Shown here piece after piece: positions 56,253-64,000 of a stretch of 64,000 nucleotides of DNA. The DNA is from a virus. Where the stretch lies: IMG/VR virus record IMGVR_UViG_3300025141_000021; one strand, given 5' to 3'. The notes beneath the pieces are model-generated. The model ran no database searches. It was not told the DNA's origin and saw nothing but the letters and a program-made list of their open reading frames with translations. Every line of letters starts with the position of its first letter. Position 1 is the stretch's first letter. The translations under genes and the position numbers were made by a program.

Positions 56253-57089
56253 GTCCGCTGTAAACGGAACCTCCATCTCCATCTCATAGCTACAAGCTTC
56301 GCAAGCAAATTCTTGTGTGAGATCGACATTTGGAACAATTTTCTGATAGGCTCCTCTTAAATAACGAGCGTCTGTTGCCGGCATATTTTCAACAAAGCTA
56401 GTAATTGTAACAAGCTCAGTATGGCCATTGACAGAAACGGTAAATAATTTAAATTGCTCTGTCATAAAAGATTCGGGAAGCTTGTGCTTCTTTCTTTTTT
56501 CCATGATAGTCAAAAGTTTCTTTTCATCCGCTCCAGTTAATAGGCGGACCTCAATATCAACTCCCGTTGTTGGCATTTTTATAACACAAGTTTGGCTATC
56601 GGTTCTTCTGATATCAAAATCGCCAAAATCTTCGCCATAATTACACGTACTCTCTTCTAGATTAAAGGAAAAATCAGAAGTTTTGCTGCAGGCAGGACAC
56701 GTAACACGGGTTTCATACTCTGGCCCATATCCAGTAATTCTAGAAGCAACAATTAGAGCGTTTTTATCACCAACAAGGAGATCTCCAACGTTAATTCGTT
56801 TATCAACAATAACATTTTGAAGCAGCCGATCAATCGCCACTCCCTTTTTCAATAAAGTTTTAGATGAAAGAATATCTTCGTCCTTTGCTGTCATAAAACG
56901 AATTTCTATTTCTTCTACATTGTGAAGAAGGTGGTCCTCTGGATAAAACCTTCCCCTGGTAGGAAGTTCAACAAACTCTGTTGGAGTTGTAAATGTTAAT
57001 GGGCTTTTTTCGTTTATAAGATCTGGGGTAGGGGCAGCTGTATCAGAGCCAGCTGCTCCGACACGATCTTCATTATTTCTGGGGGGCAT
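56232..57089 (-). CDS. gp26-like baseplate hub/tail assembly chaperone
   Basis: VELPTRGRFY, MTAKDEDIL, CPAC and CEAC; lies between tube and tape measure genes. Confidence 0.75.
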   Translation of the reverse strand: MPPRNNEDRVGAAGSDTAAPTPDLINEKSPLTFTTPTEFVELPTRGRFYPEDHLLHNVEEIEIRFMTAKDEDILSSKTLLKKGVAIDRLLQNVIVDKRINVGDLLVGDKNALIVASRITGYGPEYETRVTCPACSKTSDFSFNLEESTCNYGEDFGDFDIRRTDSQTCVIKMPTTGVDIEVRLLTGADEKKLLTIMEKRKKHKLPESFMTEQFKLFTVSVNGHTELVTITSFVENMPATDARYLRGAYQKIVPNVDLTQEFACEACSYEMEMEVPFTADFFWPRR

Positions 57090-57158
57090 TAATTACCTCT
57101 TTCTTTGGTAGCTTGTTTAGTTTAACAAAAAATAAAGATTAATTTAAGTTAAATTTAG

Positions 57159-57689
57159 CTAACCAATAAGACTTGGAGCAGCTGCATCACCAAGCTTGGC
57201 CCAATCGTAACGAATGCTAAGAGTAACCTCGGTCAGTCCATCTTCACTATAAGTTAGATCGCCAAATTTTGCAGACTTAACCCAAGCATTGCCTAAACTC
57301 CACTGGTTCACGACCGCTCCATCGATGCCTAGCTCTTGAATTGTAATATTTCCAAGTGCAGAAGTCGCGGAAACTTTTGAGATAAGTCCTCTACCGGCTT
57401 CGCCATCGGCAGTTGGGATATCATATCCAGCATTAAACAACATCTCCATAACTTTCTTGGTACTATCTTCTTCTCCAATAGGATCAACTAAAGTAACTTC
57501 AAGTTCCTGCCAAGCCAAAATACCTGGAAAGTAAAAGGTGTGATTTAGATATTTGTGTTCCGATTCGCCAACTTCGTAACTTGGCTTTCCAGCGGCTTTA
57601 ATAACCCAAGAACCAATATTGTTACTAATCAACACAAATCTATTTGATCTCTTTGGTTCTACATTGACATCGCTCCAAAATCCAGGCAT
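57159..57689 (-). CDS. gp19: Tail tube protein
   Basis: 176 aa directly after the sheath; NAWVKSAKFGDLTYSEDG...IRYDWA; late motif at 57715-57722. Confidence 0.85.
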   Translation of the reverse strand: MPGFWSDVNVEPKRSNRFVLISNNIGSWVIKAAGKPSYEVGESEHKYLNHTFYFPGILAWQELEVTLVDPIGEEDSTKKVMEMLFNAGYDIPTADGEAGRGLISKVSATSALGNITIQELGIDGAVVNQWSLGNAWVKSAKFGDLTYSEDGLTEVTLSIRYDWAKLGDAAAPSLIG

Positions 57690-57756
57690 TATCTTAAATC
57701 TCCTTGTTCATCTTTAAATAGTAAATTGCGGGTAAAAAACTCGTTATCCATTTATT

Positions 57757-60700
57757 TTAATCCTCGAATGCTGCGCCGGTCGACGTAATCACAAAATCAA
57801 GAGCAATAAATTCAATCGCCCTAGCCGGCTTCAAGAAAATCTTTGCATACAAGATGTTTCTATCAATCAAATCTGGAGTTGTGGTAGTTTCATCAAGCAC
57901 CACTCTAAAGTCCGACAATCCAAGTCGAGCTTTGACACTATCAAGGAATGGCACAACTTGGCTCAAGAACCGGTTCCATGTCTGTTGTACATTCTGGTCG
58001 AATAGAATTGTTGCAGCCATTCTTGAAACTTCTTTCTTCAAGAAGATTAAGAGTCGTCGAACATTAATTCTATCGAGTGCCGAGGGGGTTACCTGAAGCG
58101 TCTTCTGACCGAAGATCACGATGCCTTCAGCCGGGAAAGTCGCAATCGGATTAATATTTGCGCCATATAGTTTGTCGCGATCCTTGGACGTTAATCTTTC
58201 TCGAACATCCAGTACTGGAATTCCAGCAGATCCCTCTGTTAGGCCGCCCCTGGTGAAACCAGCGGGTGCAAACCAAAGTTCGCTTCTAGATTCCGCACTA
58301 GCTAGCGTTCCTAGAGCAACAATCGAAGGTGGCGCCCACAGGGTCTGTGCACTAATACTGTCACGAATTCTAACCCATGGGTAATATGCGCAGCCGTAAC
58401 TTGAATTAAGGCTTCTAGTTCGCATATTATCAACAGTGGTCTTTACATCACCTGCTCTGGATGCTTCATTGTCCGTGCTCTCGTAACGAGCTTCATAATC
58501 GCCATCCAAATCAATAATCGCAAGAGCATCGCCGCGATCTTCGCAGACCTTAATTAGATGCTCAGTAAGCGTATCTTTCTTGATGCCAGGCATCGTCATC
58601 AAGTTAGCCTCAACAACTTCTGGATCTGCAACAGAATCAATTGCCCGTTTCACAGAGTTAAAAGTATAACTCGTAGTTTCCTTCGGGTTATTAATTCCGC
58701 CTCCGCCAGAAGACCATAGGGTATTTCTGAACGGCTCTAATTCTCTAATATCGAGGCCATCGTAGCCTCCGAAGAATGGTGCAGTAAATCTATCGAATCC
58801 TCGATCTAAGACCTCTTTGTATGTACCACTGACCGCGGTCATTGACCGGGCCCCGGAACGCTCTCCTGCGCCCGCACGGGAGCCAGATGAGTAGTATGCA
58901 TCACTACCATTCGGAGTGCCCCCAGATGGAGCAGAACCCGTCGCGACAACGTCGTCCAGTGAGAAGATCCAAGAAATCTTTGTAAAGTCTCCAGCAGTGA
59001 ACGAATCAATGTCATTAGGCTTGTCTCTTAAAAGATCCGGATTGCTTTCATCATATCGAATAACGGAGACACCGGTTCTCGATGTATCCCAGCCAAAGAA
59101 CGCATTCTTTGGATTGTCCATAACGCCGTGTGACGCTGAAATTCTGAGTGGCAGTGTGGGCATCCTGAAACAGATAGATGAGCCAGAAGTCATTCCGGCA
59201 GCTTCTACGAATGGGGCGACACCACGAACAGAGCTATTCCCAGCGACCGAACCGAGGCTTGCCGGCGCGTTGGGGATTTGATTCCCGCCCGGGCCTCTGG
59301 CTTCGACGAGAACCGTTCCAGCGGTTGCCCCGGCCTGTGCTAATGGGACGGGACTGCTAACGTTCTCAGGGCGAACTTCAGCAGCGCCACTTAGGATTGT
59401 AAACCCGTTGTACTGAATTGGGCCGTATACACCGAATGGCAAATATTCGGGATCGGCGGCGCCGTTGTCAACGTCTGAATTCATCTCGACACGAATAAAC
59501 CTAGATCGATTTGGAAATTCTCCAAATTCGTCGTACTTGCGGTTGTCCTCACTCCAGGTTCGATTCTTGGTACCAATTTTCTTTCCAATGTAGTTGGCCG
59601 CATATGGGTTCAAAGTACAGTTGTCAAACCTTTCTACAACTCTTATTGATTTGTCAGTATCATTAATTTTGCGAATGATAACATTAAATACTCCATATAG
59701 ATCGTTGTCGTTCGTAGAATATTCAATTTTTTCAATTGATACTTTTAAGTTACTCTGAAGCCACTCGCCCTCACTTAGTGCAATAAACCTGAATAGTTTC
59801 TGCATTTTCCCTGGTCCATAACTACCAGAGTTTTGAGTGATGTCTTGGGAAATAAACCAGCCAGTCTTCGAGGCTTGCATTCCATGGCGCATATCCTGGT
59901 GTCCGAGGGTGCCAGAGCCGAGACCAAGAATAACAGCCTGTGTATTCGATGAAGTAACAACATCGGCCAAGTGACGATCAAACGTCTCTCCTAGCCAATA
60001 AGTCTGTGTGCTTGAGGCAATGTTACTGTTCGTAAGAGTTGGGTTGGTGTTAAACACTTTCCGAATATATTTCGACGACGCTCTATTAAAATTAAATACA
60101 GTAGTTACCTTGTTGGCATTGCTGCTATTTTTGATGAGCACCTTGTATTCATTATTGGATGCCATACTGTTGATAAACCGTGCGGTGCCAGTCAGAACAT
60201 TTTCTGTGGTGGTTTCGCTCGTCGAGCCGGATTGATAACCCGTACCAGAAAGCTCAATCGAGCCCTCGGTTAAGTAAAAGACTGCCGCTAGCGCGCCAGT
60301 AATTTTGGTCATGTGCGCGCTGCCAGAGTTCGCAATAAAGAGGCCGAAAGCTCCACCATTGCTGGCGACAGCAATATTGTGTGCAGCGGTATCCCAGCCT
60401 GCCTTACCACCGTGGTCACCTTGGCTGATGGCTCCTGCGGCGCTATTTTGAGTGCCCAGTAATCTAACGAACGTTAGTGGGCTATTGTTTCGAAGCCAGG
60501 CTTGTGCGGCATATGCGGCGTAGGTTGGCGCCATTGTGTTGCCATCTCTCCAGACATCTTCTCCTTGACCGCCTGGAATTGGGTTGCCGAAAACGTCGAT
60601 AAATTCTGAGAAAGAATTAACCTTTACCGGCACCATCGCAGGCCCTCGACGGGCCCTACCTATAACAACCGGCCCGATCTGTTCGGGAACACGGGGCAAT

Positions 60701-60765
60701 TGCGAATTATCAATTTCGTTAATAAATATACCCGGTGATACAAACTTAAACTTCTTTACTGACAT
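57757..60765 (-). CDS. gp18: Contractile tail sheath protein (extended)
   Basis: FVSPGIFINEID, WFAPAG..RG, NPIATFP, IFGQKTLQ and LDRINVRRL. Confidence 0.95.
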   Translation of the reverse strand: MSVKKFKFVSPGIFINEIDNSQLPRVPEQIGPVVIGRARRGPAMVPVKVNSFSEFIDVFGNPIPGGQGEDVWRDGNTMAPTYAAYAAQAWLRNNSPLTFVRLLGTQNSAAGAISQGDHGGKAGWDTAAHNIAVASNGGAFGLFIANSGSAHMTKITGALAAVFYLTEGSIELSGTGYQSGSTSETTTENVLTGTARFINSMASNNEYKVLIKNSSNANKVTTVFNFNRASSKYIRKVFNTNPTLTNSNIASSTQTYWLGETFDRHLADVVTSSNTQAVILGLGSGTLGHQDMRHGMQASKTGWFISQDITQNSGSYGPGKMQKLFRFIALSEGEWLQSNLKVSIEKIEYSTNDNDLYGVFNVIIRKINDTDKSIRVVERFDNCTLNPYAANYIGKKIGTKNRTWSEDNRKYDEFGEFPNRSRFIRVEMNSDVDNGAADPEYLPFGVYGPIQYNGFTILSGAAEVRPENVSSPVPLAQAGATAGTVLVEARGPGGNQIPNAPASLGSVAGNSSVRGVAPFVEAAGMTSGSSICFRMPTLPLRISASHGVMDNPKNAFFGWDTSRTGVSVIRYDESNPDLLRDKPNDIDSFTAGDFTKISWIFSLDDVVATGSAPSGGTPNGSDAYYSSGSRAGAGERSGARSMTAVSGTYKEVLDRGFDRFTAPFFGGYDGLDIRELEPFRNTLWSSGGGGINNPKETTSYTFNSVKRAIDSVADPEVVEANLMTMPGIKKDTLTEHLIKVCEDRGDALAIIDLDGDYEARYESTDNEASRAGDVKTTVDNMRTRSLNSSYGCAYYPWVRIRDSISAQTLWAPPSIVALGTLASAESRSELWFAPAGFTRGGLTEGSAGIPVLDVRERLTSKDRDKLYGANINPIATFPAEGIVIFGQKTLQVTPSALDRINVRRLLIFLKKEVSRMAATILFDQNVQQTWNRFLSQVVPFLDSVKARLGLSDFRVVLDETTTTPDLIDRNILYAKIFLKPARAIEFIALDFVITSTGAAFED

Positions 60766-60864
60766 TCTTTGTTTCTCCTATGGTCTTCAAATTTAATTCG
60801 GAGGCGCTTTATAGCCCAACACTATTTCTCTAGTAAGTAGTTTAGAAAAATCCTAAACTCCAAA

Positions 60865-61758
60865 CTATTCTCTATATTTCGCCCTCTTGACATCGATGTG
60901 CTCTGGCATATCTCCGACCATTGTGCGCTCCCTTTTGAACTTTAAATCAACAGCGTTTTCACGAATAACAATTTTTGGCCTTTCTTCGTTCTTGTCGCCG
61001 CCAATTATATAACCAAGAACATTTATATCAATTTTCATATTATAGGTGCGCTCATTTTCTTCCATGTTCGTAACATTGTTTTCTTGGGCAAATTCTTGCT
61101 GTATAAATGCTTCATATTTATGTCCATCTCTTGAAATTCCGAAATAGTTTAGGCCGCCAGTGCGAGTCGCGAATGGCGTCATTATGTCATTCATCTGTTG
61201 TAAATATTCTGTCCTGATGTTCAAACTATATGTGATGTCCAAATAAACTGGTATGGGTATGGATATTGTTTCATATACAACTCTACTATTATTTTTTCTT
61301 GTTCGAAAGTTAATCTGTCCATGGCCAACACTCATCTTCCGACTGCGCTTGCGAGCAGACGCTGCATTTGCAAACGCTGCAGTCTTATCTTGTTGAATCC
61401 TTTTAGCTATTATAATTGATCCGCCTTTCTCATCATCGATAGGTGGAATGCCTGCCTGAATGACCCCTTTCCTCTCTGGATTTTTTACAATATTGCTTCT
61501 TTCAATGGTAATCAAGGGCAATTTAAGTAAGCCCTTTGAATCGCGGAGGTCCTTGTTATCTTTAATTTGAAATGCCCTTTCTGCGGAAACCCAAATAATT
61601 GGTACTTTCTTCCATCCCTTGTTTGAGTTTGAGTGTATATTTAATTTTTCGTCCAGCCAATCGTGTAAAGCATAATCGATTGTTTCAATAGTCGAGGGCA
61701 TCAATATTTCTTCTTTTATAATGCTCGGATCTGATACTTTTGTATATTTAGGTGGCAT
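60865..61758 (-). CDS. Tail terminator/completion protein (gp15-like)
   Basis: LPLITIER...IPVYLDITYSLNI; likely start MPPKY at 61758. Confidence 0.65.
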   Translation of the reverse strand: MPPKYTKVSDPSIIKEEILMPSTIETIDYALHDWLDEKLNIHSNSNKGWKKVPIIWVSAERAFQIKDNKDLRDSKGLLKLPLITIERSNIVKNPERKGVIQAGIPPIDDEKGGSIIIAKRIQQDKTAAFANAASARKRSRKMSVGHGQINFRTRKNNSRVVYETISIPIPVYLDITYSLNIRTEYLQQMNDIMTPFATRTGGLNYFGISRDGHKYEAFIQQEFAQENNVTNMEENERTYNMKIDINVLGYIIGGDKNEERPKIVIRENAVDLKFKRERTMVGDMPEHIDVKRAKYRE

Positions 61759-62236
61759 CGAATAATCCCTCGCGTGCTCTAATGCACTTAGCTGATACTT
61801 CCATCTTGTGATCGGCTTGTCCAAATATTTGTTTGGGCTCATCAAGCGCCACAATTTCATAATAATTGCTACCATATAGAACGAAATCGCCCTCTCTAAC
61901 ATATAAGTTTTGATCTTCTGTTAAGCGCCTCTTGTGAAAGTGCACAACTATTGAAGTATCTTTATCCATACCAATATTTTGGCTATATGCAGTTTTCAAA
62001 CCTTCCCATTCTACCAACGCGTAAACACGAACTGGAGGTAAAAACGTTTTTTCAATCGCCTCGCCATAGATTGGATGAAAGTTTGTTCGGTCTATATCTA
62101 TTGGATAGTAAACAACTTGTTGGCCCACAACTCTTTCAATAAGCTCATCGTTAACTTGTTTAACTAAATTACGCTCTTTCTCTCCAAAGAACATCGGAGG
62201 TGGCGGATTATCGGGTTGGTTCCATTCATCGGACAT
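61748..62236 (-). CDS. Neck/head-closure protein (gp14-like)
   Basis: ELIERVVGQQVVYY...IYGE...GDFVLYG..YYEI. Confidence 0.7.
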   Translation of the reverse strand: MSDEWNQPDNPPPPMFFGEKERNLVKQVNDELIERVVGQQVVYYPIDIDRTNFHPIYGEAIEKTFLPPVRVYALVEWEGLKTAYSQNIGMDKDTSIVVHFHKRRLTEDQNLYVREGDFVLYGSNYYEIVALDEPKQIFGQADHKMEVSAKCIRAREGLFDAT

Positions 62237-62242
62237 TTCCTA

Positions 62243-63523
62243 TCACCCCACAAAGATGCCCATTGGCACCTTGTTAAGAACTGTATCAGTATTATCAACT
62301 ATCTTCGCAGTATCTTCTGCCAGGGCACTATATCTCATTTCATCTAGAACCGTCTTAAGCTCCTCTCTTAAGGCGTCTTGTTCGGCCTTTGCTTGGCCTA
62401 ACAACTGTTCTGAATTTAACGTTACCGATTCTCCTGGAATGGGAATTGCGCCAAACTTGCCTCTAATTTGTCCAAGCGTTTCTTTTATTAAAGCAAGGGA
62501 AAATCTTCTAATCCACTGCTTACCTATGCTATTGATATTCTCATACGGAACATTTTCAAACGGCAGGGTATTCATATTATTAACACCGTTAACCCCAGTC
62601 TGCCTGTCGCTCGTATCATCCCAAGCATCTTCTTTAACAGTAAACCGAACCCAGAATTTACTTGGCGAAGCTCCTCTCGGAACTGGATAAATCCTTAATT
62701 TATTGTTCATAATTTCATATGAAAAGTGAGAGTTCCTAGTATAAATTGAATCTTCAAAAGCTGATGCTTGAAGTTTGTTTTGCCAAGCTGGAATTACTTC
62801 CCATGTTGAATCATCGGCCCACTGTCCATAATTTGATAAGTTGCCAATAACGTTTAAGCCGCCATAATATCCATAAAACCTCCATACGGCATTTGGTGTT
62901 TTATAAAAAACGTTTCTGATTGTGACCTTCTTGTCTCCAATCTTTTTACTTCCCAAATTAGAGTCTGAATAAGGATAGCTTGAAGTTTGCGCAGCTGATG
63001 AAGAGATTATTGTTTGTAAATCGTAATCTTGTACATCTGTGGTCGTTTCAAAAGATGCTGAATATATTTGTGAAGTTCCGCCTAGGCCGGCCTCAGTGGA
63101 TAATGCTTCCGCGACTCTGTGCCCATACTCAAAATTAAATTTCGGATATTTAAGAGCAATGTTAGATCCAGATAAACCATCGCCAGATTTGAGGGAGCCA
63201 TCATGATCAAATGTGCCCGTTGTGTTTCCAAGAACATTGGCTAAAACATTTTTAGATTGATGTACATTAACAATATATGAATATTCCAAAACTGCCTCTT
63301 CATACGCAGCATAAACATTGTCGGATTTAAGCTCAATATCCAGTACATCTCCCCCAAGTTTTTTATATGCATATGCAACTTGGTCTACTGCACCTGAAAG
63401 AAAATCTGTATTGCTTGAATAAATTCCAAAAGGTAACGCGGATGAAACATCACCATATGTGCCAGTAGCGGGTAATGCAATTACGCTAGTCTTTGATGAA
63501 GGTGTTAGTTTTGGAACAGCCAT
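62243..63523 (-). CDS. Neck/head-tail adaptor protein (gp13-like)
   Basis: KKLGGDVLDIEL...WIRRFSLALIKETLGQIRGKFG...GESVTLN; late motif at 63540-63547. Confidence 0.75.
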   Translation of the reverse strand: MAVPKLTPSSKTSVIALPATGTYGDVSSALPFGIYSSNTDFLSGAVDQVAYAYKKLGGDVLDIELKSDNVYAAYEEAVLEYSYIVNVHQSKNVLANVLGNTTGTFDHDGSLKSGDGLSGSNIALKYPKFNFEYGHRVAEALSTEAGLGGTSQIYSASFETTTDVQDYDLQTIISSSAAQTSSYPYSDSNLGSKKIGDKKVTIRNVFYKTPNAVWRFYGYYGGLNVIGNLSNYGQWADDSTWEVIPAWQNKLQASAFEDSIYTRNSHFSYEIMNNKLRIYPVPRGASPSKFWVRFTVKEDAWDDTSDRQTGVNGVNNMNTLPFENVPYENINSIGKQWIRRFSLALIKETLGQIRGKFGAIPIPGESVTLNSEQLLGQAKAEQDALREELKTVLDEMRYSALAEDTAKIVDNTDTVLNKVPMGIFVG

Positions 63524-63580
63524 TTAATGTCCTCCATCTTAAATAGTTCTTTTCCCTCTTAAACGCTCTCAAAGTATATA

Positions 63581-63616
63581 AAAGAAAAGGCCCCACCTCG
63601 TAATAAGGTGGAGCCC
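63581..63616 (-). terminator. Intrinsic terminator after the major capsid gene
   Basis: ccacct/aggtgg core stem with TTTTCTTT tail on the minus strand. Confidence 0.65.
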
Positions 63617-63643
63617 CTCTTATTTAATCTTCAGTTGAAGATT

Positions 63644-64000
63644 TTACACCAAATCGGTAACAATAACCAATCCGTACATATCAGGACGGACCATCTTCTT
63701 GGCGTATCTAGTCATCACGCCCTTGCGGGGCACGAAGTCTTCAACACCGAAAATGGTGGGAGTGACCTGTAGTGGCACATATGGTGAGTACACGTAACCG
63801 CTCTCTAAGAAGCTGTTACCTCTACGTCCAACCAAAACCACATTACGCGGGAAGTAGGGGTTAACCCAGACATCCCACTTCTTACTCAGACTACCCACAT
63901 TGACCGCTCCAACGGTACCCTTGTTGTCATCACCGGTTATGTTTGCACGGAAACCCGCGGTGAACTCAAGAATATTAGCGACTTCAGGTCCCATGACCAG
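63644..64000 (-). CDS. gp23: Major capsid protein (T4 gp23-like), C-terminal part only
   Basis: SGYVYSPYVPL...GVMTRY gp23-family motif. Confidence 0.88.
   Translation of the reverse strand: MVMGPEVANILEFTAGFRANITGDDNKGTVGAVNVGSLSKKWDVWVNPYFPRNVVLVGRRGNSFLESGYVYSPYVPLQVTPTIFGVEDFVPRKGVMTRYAKKMVRPDMYGLVIVTDLV

Noticed and set aside
60865-61902. ORF-track starts for 60865..61902, 36564..37451, 40867..42114 and 23579..24253
   Set aside because: The long upstream overlaps are implausible; downstream ATGs at 61758, 37340, 42009 and 24130 fit coupling, SD position or motif starts better.
1-64000. Alternative genetic code, tRNA genes or a diversity-generating retroelement
   Set aside because: Long genes read through under code 11 and TAG, TGA and TAA all end genes. 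No cloverleaf was recognised by eye in the short intergenic gaps (tRNAscan not run), and there is no reverse transcriptase.

Overview
A 64-kb segment of a large T4-like (myovirus) phage genome. All credible genes lie on the minus strand, and the + strand ORFs are shadows. From right to left it contains: (i) a morphogenesis block with the major capsid C-terminus, neck, tail terminator, sheath, tube, gp26/gp51-like chaperone, tape measure and baseplate genes; (ii) a replication/nucleotide block with a compact family A polymerase, a tubulin/FtsZ-like protein, SSB, RecA, 5'-3' exonuclease, DnaB-like helicase, class II RNR, DnaE, two adenine MTases, PurA, dUTPase, GuaB and a QueC-like protein; (iii) chaperones (GroEL, GroES, Hsp20, FKBP); and (iv) a tightly coupled array at 1.4-12.7 kb of unrelated enzymes. 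Those enzymes are a HAD nucleotidase, ParB-like protein, lysozyme-like protein, CCA-adding enzyme, 2H phosphoesterase, kinase-like protein, DEDDh exonuclease, Nudix hydrolase and two large paralogs. Most carry the N-terminal leader MK(L/I/R)(L/I)(L/F)ENWR(K/R)Y..E, which is copied almost identically at DNA level and recurs on two genes at 36.5-38.5 kb. My leading hypothesis (inference) is that this leader is a capsid-targeting and protease-cleaved signal for injected tRNA-repair/anti-defence cargo. Other notable signals are a probable tail-chaperone frameshift, a queC insertion leaving a decayed duplicate gene end, a repeated RNA hairpin flanking the FKBP gene, a promoter embedded in a 16-bp palindrome, and two distinct promoter classes. 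Functional calls come from manual motif reading, not database searches.
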